Source of the DNA: Octopus bimaculoides
Lineage: Eukaryota
Assembly: GCF_001194135.2 (NCBI RefSeq)
Contig: NC_068985.1
Location: forward strand, 39,585,755-39,637,412
Reading direction: 5' to 3'
Length of the DNA: 51,658 nucleotides
Part shown: piece after piece, positions 24,780-36,559 of the stretch
Numbering within the stretch: position 1 is the first letter of the stretch
Layout: the number at the start of each line of letters is the position of its first letter
Translations under genes and position numbers: made by a program
Notes under the pieces: model-generated
What the model was told of the DNA's origin: nothing
Seen by the model: only the letters and a program-made list of their open reading frames with translations
The model's database searches: none

Positions 24780-25303
24780 GATGGAGAGACCGCCCCCTAA
24801 GAGGTGAAATTGTAGGAGGTGCCCTCCTACCCTCCTATACCCGGTCGAAGTTTATGGCCGCTTTTGGTCAGTGCCTGAAATCGAATATGTCAGGAACGGC
24901 GAAAGAATGGAAACAGCTGTCATTGATCAAGAATAAACTGACCTTTGCAGAGGATGCCCTCTACTAAATTCTTTCTATTTGCTTCCTGGTACCAACCGAA
25001 AACATCACACAGTATATATATATATGTATATNNNNNNNNNNNNNNNNNNNNNNNNNNNNNNNNNNNNNNNNNNNNNNNNNNNNNNNNNNNNNNNNNNNNN
25101 NNNNNNNNNNNNNNNNNNNNNNNNNNNNNNNNNNNNNNNNNNNNNNNNNNNNNNNNNNNNNNNNNNNNNNNNNNNNNNNNNATATATATTCTGATCATAT
25201 AAACATGTTGTAGATACAAGATGCACACACATACTCACGCATGCACATAAACACATGCATGTATATATTAATAGATTCATAATCATATATGTATATATAT
25301 ATA

Positions 25304-25339
<36 letters not shown>

Positions 25340-25414
25340 TATATATAAACATATATAATGTATATGCGTGTATATATACATATGTGTATTATGTGTGTAT
25401 ATGTGTGTGAGTGT

Positions 25415-25665
25415 GTGCGCGTGGCTTAGAGGTTAGGACATTCGCTTCACGATCGTCAGGTCGTAAGTTCAACGCCTAGAGACGTGTTGTGTCCTTGAGC
25501 AAGACACTTTATTCCACGTTGTTCCAGTCCATTCAGCTGGCAAAAGTGAGTAGTACCTGTATTTCAAAGGGCCAGCCTTGTTACACTCTGTGTCACGCTA
25601 GATCATCCTGTGTTTGCAACTAGGTTGGAACCTTTGTTGTCGTAATCGACGGAGTGCCAGTGGCA
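25415..25665 (+). mobile_element. SINE C
   Basis: GTGGCTTAGAGGTTAGG..GTGTCCTTGAGCAAGACACTTTATTCCACGTTGTTCCAGTCCATTCAGCTGGC. Confidence 0.8.
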
Positions 25666-25700
25666 TACATATATAAACACACACACATATACACATACCT

Positions 25701-25858
25701 TAAGGCACAGGCGTGGCTGTATGGTAAGAAGCTTGCTTCCCGCCCACGTAGCTCTGGGTTCAGTTCATTGCCCCTTGAGCAAGTGTTTTCTTCTATAAAA
25801 AAAAAGCCTTGTGGATTTCGTAGACGGAAACTGAAAGGAACTTGTTGTGTGTGTGTCT
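25701..25858 (+). mobile_element. SINE B head
   Basis: GGCACAGGCGTGGCTGTATGGTAAGAAGCTTGCTTCC..GTAGACGGAAACTGAAAG. Confidence 0.85.
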
Positions 25859-25861
25859 TTC

Positions 25862-26161
25862 TTTGAGCTCAGAACGTAACGGCAGACGAAATATCGCTAA
25901 GCATTTCGCCCGTTGTAATAACGTTTCTTATTTCTTTATTGCCCACATGGGACTAAAGATAGAGGGGACAAACAAGGACAGACAAGGGGATTAAACTCGA
26001 TTACATCGACTCCAGTGCGTAACTGGTACTTAATTTATCGACCCCCAAAGAATGAAAGGCATAGTCGACCTCGGTGGAATTTGAACTCAGAACGTAACGG
26101 CAGACGAAACACCGCTAAGCATTTCGCCCGGCGTGCTAACGTTTTTGCCAGCTCACCGCCT
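25862..26161 (-). mobile_element. Two SINE A copies (fragment 25862-25926; 25990-26161)
   Basis: Both carry GAACTCAGAACGTAACGGCAGACGAAA..CGCTAAGCATTTCGCCCG or a close variant. Confidence 0.85.
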
Positions 26162-26189
26162 TGCATATTATATATATTATATATAATAT

Positions 26190-26512
26190 ATATGCAGGTT
26201 AAAGCGTCGGGTTTACAATAGTGAGATAGTGAGTTCAATTCCTGAACCGAGCTGTTGGTTGTGTTCTTGAGCAAGACACTTTATTTCACGTTGCTCCAGT
26301 TCACTCAGCTGCAGGAATGAGTTGCGACGTCACTGGTGCCAAGCTGTATCGTCCTTTGTCTTCCACTTGTTCAATACCGTTGACAAAGGAGATTGATATG
26401 CATGAGCGACTGCTGACCATCTACAAAAACCATTCCAGGACTTGTGCCTCAGATGAGAACTTTCTAGGCGCAATCCCATTGTCATGCATGACCGAAAAAG
26501 TTTTTTTACCTT
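26190..26512 (+). mobile_element. SINE C, long form with TCATGCATGACCGAA tail
   Basis: Matches 45690-46013 (rc) and 41775-42000. Confidence 0.8.
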
Positions 26513-27096
26513 CTTTTGAATAGAATAGATACTATGTGTGTCTCTCTGTGTGCGTGCGTGCGTGCGTGCGTGTGCGTGCGTGCGTGTGCGTGTGTGTGTA
26601 TAGAGTTATGTGTGAACGCGCGTGGCTTAGTGGTAATGGTATTCGGTTTGTGATCGCAAGTTCGATACATGTATTTTACGGTATGCCGTCAATAAATGGG
26701 GCCCAGTACTTTGACCCCCCACCCCACCCCGCAGGAACCTATAATGCGACTAAGCCAAAACTGCATGACAGGGCCGATTTGTGGTAGTACTCTGTAATAT
26801 TGGTATGTAGTTCTTTTAATGATCCTATGCCGTCACCAGCACACTAGTAAGTTAGTCGGTATACTATATTTGTTTCACGACCTACTATGTCATTTTGTGA
26901 GAAGACGTGTTTTAGCTCGGAAATATTCAACAGATAATTTTTAAGCTTTTAACCGTATTTCCAGCAATTATTATAATCATTCGTTTATTCATTTATTCGT
27001 CACCTAAATCAGACATAGCTATAGCGACACTTTAAACTGACTACTTCAAACACATTGCATGAAATACACCAACACATTATATGTATATATATATTC

Positions 27097-27185
<89 letters not shown>

Positions 27186-27334
27186 GGAGAGAGAGAGAGG
27201 TGAGTGACAGACGGAGGAAGACAGAGGAAAGGAGGGAGAGAGAGTCATACATGCATATATACATACACATATGTATATAGTTATACTTGGACATATATAT
27301 ATGATACACTTAAAATATAAGCACGTAATATATA

Positions 27335-27405
<71 letters not shown>

Positions 27406-28060
27406 NNNNNNNNNNNNNNNNNNNNNNNNNNNNNNNNNNNNNNNNNNNNNNNNNNNNNNNNNNNNNNNNNNNNNNNNNNNNNNNNNNNNNNNNNNNNNNN
27501 NNNNNNNNNNNNNNNNNNNNNNNNNNNNNNNNNNNNNNNNNNNNNNNNNNNNNNNNNNNNNNNNNNNNNNNNNNNNNNNNNNNNNNNNNNNNNNNNNNNN
27601 NNNNNNNNNNNNNNNNNNNNNNNNNNNNNNNNNNNNNNNNNNNNNNNNNNNNNNNNNNNNNNNNNNNNNNNNNNNNNNNNNNNNNNNNNNNNNNNNNNNN
27701 NNNNNNNNNNNNNNNNNNNNNNNNNNNNNNNNNNNNNNNNNNNNNNNNNNNNNNNNNNNNNNNNNNNNNNNNNNNNNNNNNNNNNNNNNNNNNNNNNNNN
27801 ATATATGTATGTATGTATGCATGTATATGTATGTATGTATGTATATTTAAACACATAGTAGAATATCGAATTGTGAATTAAATTTAATAAAGGATTGCTT
27901 CTGAATTGCTTTCAACGCTTCACACCTGTCAATTCCAAGTTTAGACATACACATGACCACATGCGCACACAAACGTTATAACTCTCTTTCTCTCTTCCTC
28001 TGTCTGTTTCTTTCTCACCCCCTCTCTCTCTTTGTTTGTCTCTCTCTCCCTCTCTCTCCC

Positions 28061-28100
<40 letters not shown>

Positions 28101-28131
28101 NNNNNNNNNNCTCTCTCTCCCTCTCTCTCCC

Positions 28132-28176
<45 letters not shown>

Positions 28177-29025
28177 CTGTATTTTGCTTTCCATGCTATA
28201 GTGTTTGGTTATCTCCTCCCAACTTTTCTTTCCATGGGCATATACGTCTATATACGTATGTATCTGTATGTGTGTGTGTGAATGTGTGTGTGTGAATGTG
28301 TGTGTGTGAATGTGTGTGCGTGCGTGTGTAACGTTTAGATGTAGACATATAAGCATTCATATATGAACATGCGCATTTGCACACGCACATAAAACATATG
28401 CAAAGCAGGTACACGTGCACGAACCGATGCAGTACAATCTTGGTTCATCTAAATGAAATATTTAATCAGTGAGAGTGCACAATGATTTCAACACGTAGTC
28501 AGTGCTACGACTCTATTTCTATTGAACAAACGAGAAAATGATCCTCAAATGCACCAAATAAAGAAAATAAGGTACATTTACAAGTTATATATATTTAAAA
28601 ACTTACTTGGAAATGGATGCATCGCGTTCAATTAGACAATTCCTTTTGACTAATACCATTCTCCTTCTAACATGCATATCTCTTCTCTTTTCTCTATCTA
28701 CTTACCCTACCAGTACACTCTCAAAATTTAATTCACACCACGAGAACCCTTTGAATGAACAGCACATGGAATTTATGTCACCACACTATCCACTCGTAAT
28801 GACAAAATATGAACTCCTATCGGAATCTACATTTCATGGACAAGAAGCCTTTCTACCCATTCTACACAGCACTTTCCTTGGATAATGGAGCTGCAACTGT
28901 AACATCCTACATATATTTTTACTTTTCGAGAACAAGTAGAACGATAAATTTTATTCAACGCGGAAAATACTGAACAGCATACATACTAAGGATAAAATCC
29001 TTTTTAAAAGCAGAAAAATTTGCTG

Positions 29026-29065
<40 letters not shown>

Positions 29066-29069
<4 letters not shown>

Positions 29070-29185
29070 GACAGGCTTTCTTCAGTTTCTGTCTATTAAA
29101 TCCTCTCATAAGGTTTTGGTCAGCCCGAAGTGCCACGCAGTGGGACTGAAACCAGAACCATGTGATTCAGAAGCAAACTTCTGGA
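29066..29185 (-). mobile_element. SINE B head with internal deletion
   Basis: CTTCAGTTTCTGTCTA..GTGCCACGCAGTGGGACTGAAACCAGAACCATGTG. Confidence 0.75.
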
Positions 29186-29398
29186 GCAATGGCAGCGAGT
29201 GGGGGGCATGGCAGGAAGGTACCCTCAAACCGGAGACCTGATCCGGATACTCATAACAAAAGGGGACTCCACTAATGATATCCAAGGAGCCAAGCGAGGG
29301 GATTAAATCGGGCAACGCATTAAATCTATATTGGTAGTGACATAGATAGGTGGTATTTATTTTTACTTTTGCAACAGCAGCAGCGGCGTTGACGGCAA

Positions 29399-29457
<59 letters not shown>

Positions 29458-31365
29458 TCTCCAATAATCTCATGTGTTCCGCAATGTCTTGCCAACGTTA
29501 TTGTCTAGTTTAGTTCTGCTGTTTATCTGCTGCGTGTCTATCAGTCTATTTGTGTATCTGTTTGACAGCCTTTCTTTCTTATACTCAAATATCAAGGGTT
29601 TTCAAAGAGGTTAACTCGGGCCAATTGATTGACGGATGAGAAAGGGTGGCTGCAGAGAACGATGACAAATGCTATAGAGTATTGTAGACAAGGAAAGTGA
29701 AACGGGTAAACTAATAGGATATAAAGAAAGAATGAAGTTTGGTGATACCCTAATGGACGCTGAGAGTGACAGACAGACAGACAGACAGAGGCGAAGAGAA
29801 AGAGAAAAGTAAAAACGATCGAGAAACAGAGAAAGGACCAAAGGAAGGAAGCCATGGAGAGAGGGAGAGGGAGAGAGAGAGAACTATACAATTACAGAAT
29901 AAAGAATGTCTGAAAGAGATCACTGGCGAGATTAAGTCTGTGAATAAAATAAGGAGATGAAGCAAGACCTAAAAGTAATAGACAAAAGACTGACATAACG
30001 TGGAAGACGAGAGTAATAAACGAACAAGGGCATTAACAATAAGGCTGAAGAAAAATACTTCACTGGAACATTCTGCGTACAAAATGCACATACGGTAGGG
30101 TCTCATATATGAAATATAGTTAGTTGTAAAAGTACAATCAACAGAAAAATTACACGACAAACACTTTTTCTACTCTACTGGCGTGTAAAATCTAAAAACA
30201 ACAATCATGTGAGCTAATGAAATATAGTATATTTAAGATAACAAAACATGAAACAAAACAGCAACTTACGAAGTGGAGACAGCACGTAGCACAGGGGAGC
30301 GGATAGGTGATCACTGGCGGGAGCTCAAAGAGGAGAAAAGTTTGTCAAGGCTGTACCAACATGCTCAATTAAAACATCGGTTAATAACATAGATGTTAAG
30401 GTATTATCAGCGCATAGAACAGACGTGACACTTAGGCAGATTACAGAGGTCACACACACATAGTAACAGATAGCCTTAACAGAAAACAGGAATGGAACAA
30501 TAACACCCCTAACATCACGCTACGCATCATGACGACTAAAGGCAGAATGGAAAAACAGATGCAGATACAAACAGCATAATGCATAAACCCATATATATAT
30601 ACATGCGCAAAAGACATGCATACACATGCCTTAGACAAAATAGAAAAAAAAGAGAGACAAATAAGTAAATAAGTAAGGAGAAAAATCAAATAAAGGGCTC
30701 GGATACAGACAGTATAGTAAACAAAACCTATACGCACACTCGCACAAAACACACATACAAAACACATAGCAACGCGTACATATACACACGCTGGCACGCA
30801 CAGATACAGAGGCAAACGCATGTGCAGATAAGGATATAGCTACAAGACAAGAATGTCGGACATCGCCTTATAGTCGGGGTTCCTACTCACATGTGGGTCT
30901 CTACTGTCACAGCAAATGTTATTCTACTCACACGACTACCACAAGATTGTCTATGCGCCGATCTATGGTCTCACGAGACTAACGACTGCCTCCAGTATAA
31001 GACAAAAGAGCTATTAGAATGATCGTTAAATAAGGGGAAAAACAATTAAGGGGAATAATTGTCACATATTATATTACAGATAAATTTCTCTATCTACTTA
31101 ATATCGAGGTCTCATTCATTCTTTTGTTGTCTTATTATTACTATTAATATATATATATATATATANNNNNNNNNNNNNNNNNNNNNNNNNNNNNNNNNNN
31201 NNNNNNNNNNNNNNNNNNNNNNNNNNNNNNNNNNNNNNNNNNNNNNNNNNNNNNNNNNNNNNNNNNNNNNNNNNNNNNNNNNNNNNNNNNNNNNNNATAT
31301 ATATGCACATACATACAGATAGATAGATAGATAGATAGATAGATAGGTAGATAGATAGATATACA

Positions 31366-31584
31366 CAGTAATTCTTTGTCTATCGTGAGCGTTATGTTCC
31401 CAAAATCCCTGCGATATGTGAAAATCCGCGAAGTAGAAACAGTACTGTATATTTTTTTTATTATTTTTATAATCTCTATATATATCTATTTCATTATAAA
31501 TGTGAAACAACATCACGGAGGAATCGACGTAAGCTTAAATAATAAACCGCGATAGGTGAGCCGCGATAATGCGAGGGACTACTG
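31366..31584. mobile_element. Tigger/pogo-type MITE
   Basis: Termini CAGTAATTCTTTGTCTATCG and CGATAATGCGAGGGACTACTG followed by TA. Confidence 0.7.
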
Positions 31585-32045
31585 TATGTCTGTATGTATG
31601 TATTTATGTATGTACCTGCGTATATTAATTCTTTTCATGTACATGGACTAAACTACACGAACTCTAACGCGCATGACAAACCATGAGTTGATCCCAAAAT
31701 GAACTTTACCTGTTATGAGCCGAACTTCATTATCTCAAAATTAAGAATAATGATAACCAGTAAATTTTACTACAAAACGCGACCCCCAAATTAACCCCAT
31801 CTTCAATGTATTAAAGAACAATAACTATTCAGCTTAAAGACACATCAGACACTTTGTGCCATTTATAACTTGAATCATAAACCACATCCAATGATGAGCT
31901 AATTTATCGCAGATTCTGAAATTTTTTCTCTTCTCACTAATTACTATTTTTCACATAATTATGCATTCATTATTTCACCATTTGGATCATCTCGGTGTTT
32001 TATATTGGAATTTTGCATAAGAATTATTTCACAGAAACTGTTTAG

Positions 32046-32185
32046 ATATGGCTGGTGTGGAATTAAGTAGCTTCCGGTTCAGTTCCACTGCGCAGCGATT
32101 GTCTTCTTTTATAGCCCTGGGTACTAAAGCTTGGTGAGTGAGCATGATAGACGAAAACCGCGCGGAAGCCTGCCGTATATAAATA
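32046..32185 (+). mobile_element. SINE B head, deleted and diverged
   Basis: ATGGCTGGTGTGG..CCGGTTCAGTTCCACTGCG..GTCTTCT..TATAGCCCTGGG..GATAGACGAAAACC. Confidence 0.65.
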
Positions 32186-32199
32186 TATGTATATGTATG

Positions 32200-32276
<77 letters not shown>

Positions 32277-32277
<1 letters not shown>

Positions 32278-32487
32278 AACAATTGCAGCGTGGAAGGTGT
32301 TTATAAGCCATTTAAGAAACACACAAAAACCGTTAGATTCACTTCAACATTCAAATTTAATTTGCCAAAATATTTTCCTCGCTTTGAGACTGCGACCTGT
32401 TCACTGACAAAATTCCGTACTGCATCCCTAACGGCTTTTGTGTGTTTCTTAAATGGCTTATAAACATCTTCCACGCTGCAATTGTTT
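32277..32487. mobile_element. Foldback/MITE-like element with 60-bp inverted repeats
   Basis: 32277-32336 vs 32428-32487 are reverse-complementary with 2 mismatches. Confidence 0.85.
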
Positions 32488-32562
32488 TCGTTCCAGCACA
32501 CGATCTCAGATCAGGTCACTTGGTATGCAAGTACATCTACGTAAGATATATACATATATATA

Positions 32563-32730
32563 TAGTTGGAATTTACAAAAAGACGAAGACAGGTGTATTA
32601 GTTTAACGCTCGGAAAGGTGAGAAAGTCTTTTACGTTTCGAGCCTACGTTCTTCAACAGAAAGGAATACGAGAAAATAAACAGAGAGAGAATAAAAAGGA
32701 GAGAGAATAAAAAAGAGAGAGAATAAACAA
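32563..32730 (-). mobile_element. Family E HHR-bearing short element
   Basis: Homologous to 131-298; HHR-like motif at 32628-32663. Confidence 0.65.
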
Positions 32731-32815
32731 AGCTTTAGTGGCTCGCGGTATGTACGTCACAGTTTGTGATTACGTCACAGTTTGTGGAAGGAAAGAGCTT
32801 TGATAAAGAAACTAA

Positions 32816-32978
32816 TAATCTTTTCTATTCTAGGCACAAGGCCTGAAATTTTGGGGGAGAGGGCTAGTCGATTAGATCGACCCCAGTACGCAGCTGGTAC
32901 TTAATTTATCGACCCCGAAAGGATGAAAAGCAAAGTCGACCTCCTCGGAATTTGAACTCAGAACGTAGAGGCAGACGA
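32816..32978 (-). mobile_element. SINE A, 5'-truncated
   Basis: Near-identical to 42660-42820. Confidence 0.88.
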
Positions 32979-33217
32979 GAAAAATAAAAACTAATAATAT
33001 TAATGATGAAGTGATGACCAAATATATATAGTGCATGTGTTTAATTGGCAAACTAAATTTATTCAGATCACGTTGAAAACAAATTGGCGGCAATCGCTGG
33101 ATTTGCAAAGGGAAATGTCGAAAGGTACAGAAACTTACAAAATATTCATAAAAATATATAAAATTTACTACATAACAAATTCTTCGGACAACTTATTCTA
33201 TCTTTTATTTTATTTTT

Positions 33218-33532
33218 TTCAGTAATTGAACTGTGGCCATGCTGGGACACAATCTTGAATGGTTTAGTCGAAACAAATTGACTCCGACGCTTGTTTTTGA
33301 ATCTGGTACTTATTCTATCGATCCCTTTTGCTGAACCGATATCATTGGTGGTGGAGGGCTCACAAAGAGGCACACACACATACACGACGGGTTTCTTTCA
33401 GTTTCCTTCTACTCACAAGGCTCTGGTCGGCCTGAGGCTATAGTAGAAGACACTTGCCCAAGGTGTCTCACAGTAGGACTGAACCCGGGACCATGAAGTT
33501 GGGAACCAAACCACTTACCACACAGCCACGCA
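33218..33532 (-). mobile_element. SINE B with both halves
   Basis: Head (rc GCGTGGCTGTGTGGTAAG..) at 33380-33532; 3' half (..CCAGCATGGCCACAGTTCAATTACTGA) at 33218-33340. Confidence 0.8.
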
Positions 33533-33712
33533 TATATGCACAGAGAGAGAGGGGGGATACAGACAGAGAGAGAAGGGGTACAGACAGAGAGAGAGGGAGG
33601 ATACAGACAGAGAGAGAGAGGGGGGATACAGACAGAGAGAGAGAGGGGGTACAGACAGAGAGACAGACAGACAGACAGACAGAGACAGAGACAGATAGAC
33701 AGACAGTCAGAA

Positions 33713-33757
<45 letters not shown>

Positions 33758-36559
33758 AACAGACAGACAGACAGACAGACAGACAGATAGACAGACAAGC
33801 AGGCAGACTGGCAAACAGGCAGGCAGAGACAAAGACCAGCATACGTAATAGAGGCCAGAAAATAGATCGATCGATCAATAGAATGAGAAGGAATGATGAG
33901 GGGGGAGAGAGAGAATGGGGAGAGAAATTGGCAAAAGAAGATTGGCTGTAAGAGAAATAAAGTGTGTATGTGCACCTGTTTGTATGTGTGTGTGTGTATG
34001 TGTATGTGTGTGTGTGTGTGTGTATGTGTGTTTCTCTAAGTTTGTTTGCGCGTGTGTCGTATAAGTGGTTTTGTGTATAACTTGTGTCCATCCAGGTTTG
34101 AAGCGGAGCCATTGTGGTCAGATTGACATAGAACAGAAGAAACGGCTAAAGGCGACTTATTTGACAATTGCTCAAGGAAACTTGACCCGGTGACTTGAGC
34201 CTGAACTAGTTTGACAGAAAAATGAGAATAAGTGAGGTTCGGTGGATGACAAGTCTTCGTCCAATGGTGACATCGGTTCTCTGCTCTTTAAGAGACAGTC
34301 ACATATTTTTAACCACACACATAAACACACGCTCACTCACCTATTTATACACACACGCGAGCCAAAGTACACATGATTATATGAATTAGCAGATACACAT
34401 GTACCCATTCATGCACACGCACACACAAACATATATACACATGTCTACACACTCTCACAGACATACACACACGCCAAACCATACGTGTCTACATAAGTAT
34501 ATATGAATACACAAACACATACACACACACACACACACACANNNNNNNNNNCACACACACACAAACATCATCGATACTAATAAATGCACAGACAGTTACA
34601 CAGGCATACTTTCATGCATATGTGCGAACATACACACACACACATGCACTCAGATACATACACATACGTACACACACACGCCAAAATATATACGTTCATG
34701 TCTACGCAAATATACAAGAAAACACACACACACACACATACACAACATATATATACACACACAAACATATACACTCACACACATCTACACACACACGTAC
34801 AGCCAGACATACTCACACATCCATATATACATGGACGTCTACATAAACATATGTGCACACACAAACATATACATATACACACACCTACCCCGATATATGA
34901 ACAGGGTCATACACACACACACACACTCACATTCAAACAGACGATATTCAACGTCCAATAATAACTTGCATTCCGTGCCCTTGTTGATCTAGAAAATAAT
35001 CCATCTGGCAACAGTCGCCTGTGTGGCCATGGTTAAGAACCCTGACAAGAGTGACAGGCCATTGTTAGAAAGNNNNNNNNNNNNNNNNNNNNNNNNNNNN
35101 NNNNNNNNNNNNNNNNNNNNNNNNNNNNNNNNNNNNNNNNNNNNNNNNNNNNNNNNNNNNNNNNNNNNNNNNNNNNNNNNNNNNNNNNNNNNNNNNNNNN
35201 AATTCCAATCAAAAGGGAATCGTGAAATAAAACAAAAAAAAGAACAGGTACGTAGATAGATAAACAGACATATATATATATACACACGTGTGTGTGTGCA
35301 AATATTCCTTTCCTCTTTTTTTTTTTTGTACTGGATGGCACGTAACGCTGCCAGCCGTTACTGGGCGTAAACCATCATTATTATCATCATCATTCTCATT
35401 AACAACAACGACAAAGATGAAACATTCACCATAACAACGATATATGATCGCTACCAGCATCACAAATGCTGATGTAAACTAGCGTTCCATATATTATAGT
35501 TCAGGAGTAGAAACGAACAGGGATAAAGGACTAACCATCCACTTTCAATCTTAGTTCCCACGCATAACGTTTTCAATGAACTTAACAACATCATCGCAAC
35601 CGAGTTATCTCCTCCATCATCCTTTGATAAGGAAGGTAGTTTAGTTTTAATGTATGCGGTAGTGATGTCTATAGTAACAGAGTCGTGTAGTGGACAGGAG
35701 TGCAACGATTGAAGTCAGCTACTTTATTCTAGAGCCAAGGCCTCACAAACTTTCACAGCTACCACTTAAAAAAGGAAGGAATAAACAGGAAGAAGCTGAG
35801 CCGTCTTAGCTATAGTATAGGCTGCCGGGTAAATCAATGCACTAGCCCGATAGCATTAATGTAATGACAGCAACACACTACATACGTTACATCAGAATTG
35901 GGCCTCTAGTCATATGAGGCTCCCCAGATAACTATCATGCCTTAAAACGGCACTGGATGGAAGTGCTGTTCGCCATTAATTTCTTTGGTGGTAAAGGAGG
36001 GTGGTGAGAATGGTGAGCCTGATTTGACAAGATAGTTTCAATGTCAGTTTATAACTTTCTAGAACGAAGTAGGGACTTATTTTACTGTCAAATGGTATTT
36101 CAGAATTGGTAGAGGATCCCATTTTGCTCTAAGTGACCACTATGAGCAATGAATTTAAAAAATCCTACGTACACTAGATAATAACGTCGCAGTATTTTTA
36201 CAAGTACATGTACATACTTTTTATAGAAAAAAAATCTACATGACATCTCAAATCGAGAGAGGAGATGATTTTGGAATAGCTGTTATGAAAATAGTTTCGT
36301 GCCACTACCTGCTACAGCTAACAGAGAATTTATTAATAACAATAGTAATGACAACAACAATACAAACACAGACGAAAAGAAACGTGAAAGCAACACAACC
36401 ACAACACCTCACACCACTACAAATAAGAGTAAGAACAACAACAATGGCAAGCAATACCAAGAGAACATTGTAACAAATATGACCTCCATCACTACCACCA
36501 CCACCCAAAAACAACAACAACACAAACCTGACGACAATAAAAACGGTAAACACCTAGGC

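Noticed and set aside
28600-28900. Two minus-strand GTAAGT donors (near 28601 and 28700)
   Set aside because: No upstream acceptor gives a convincing open exon.
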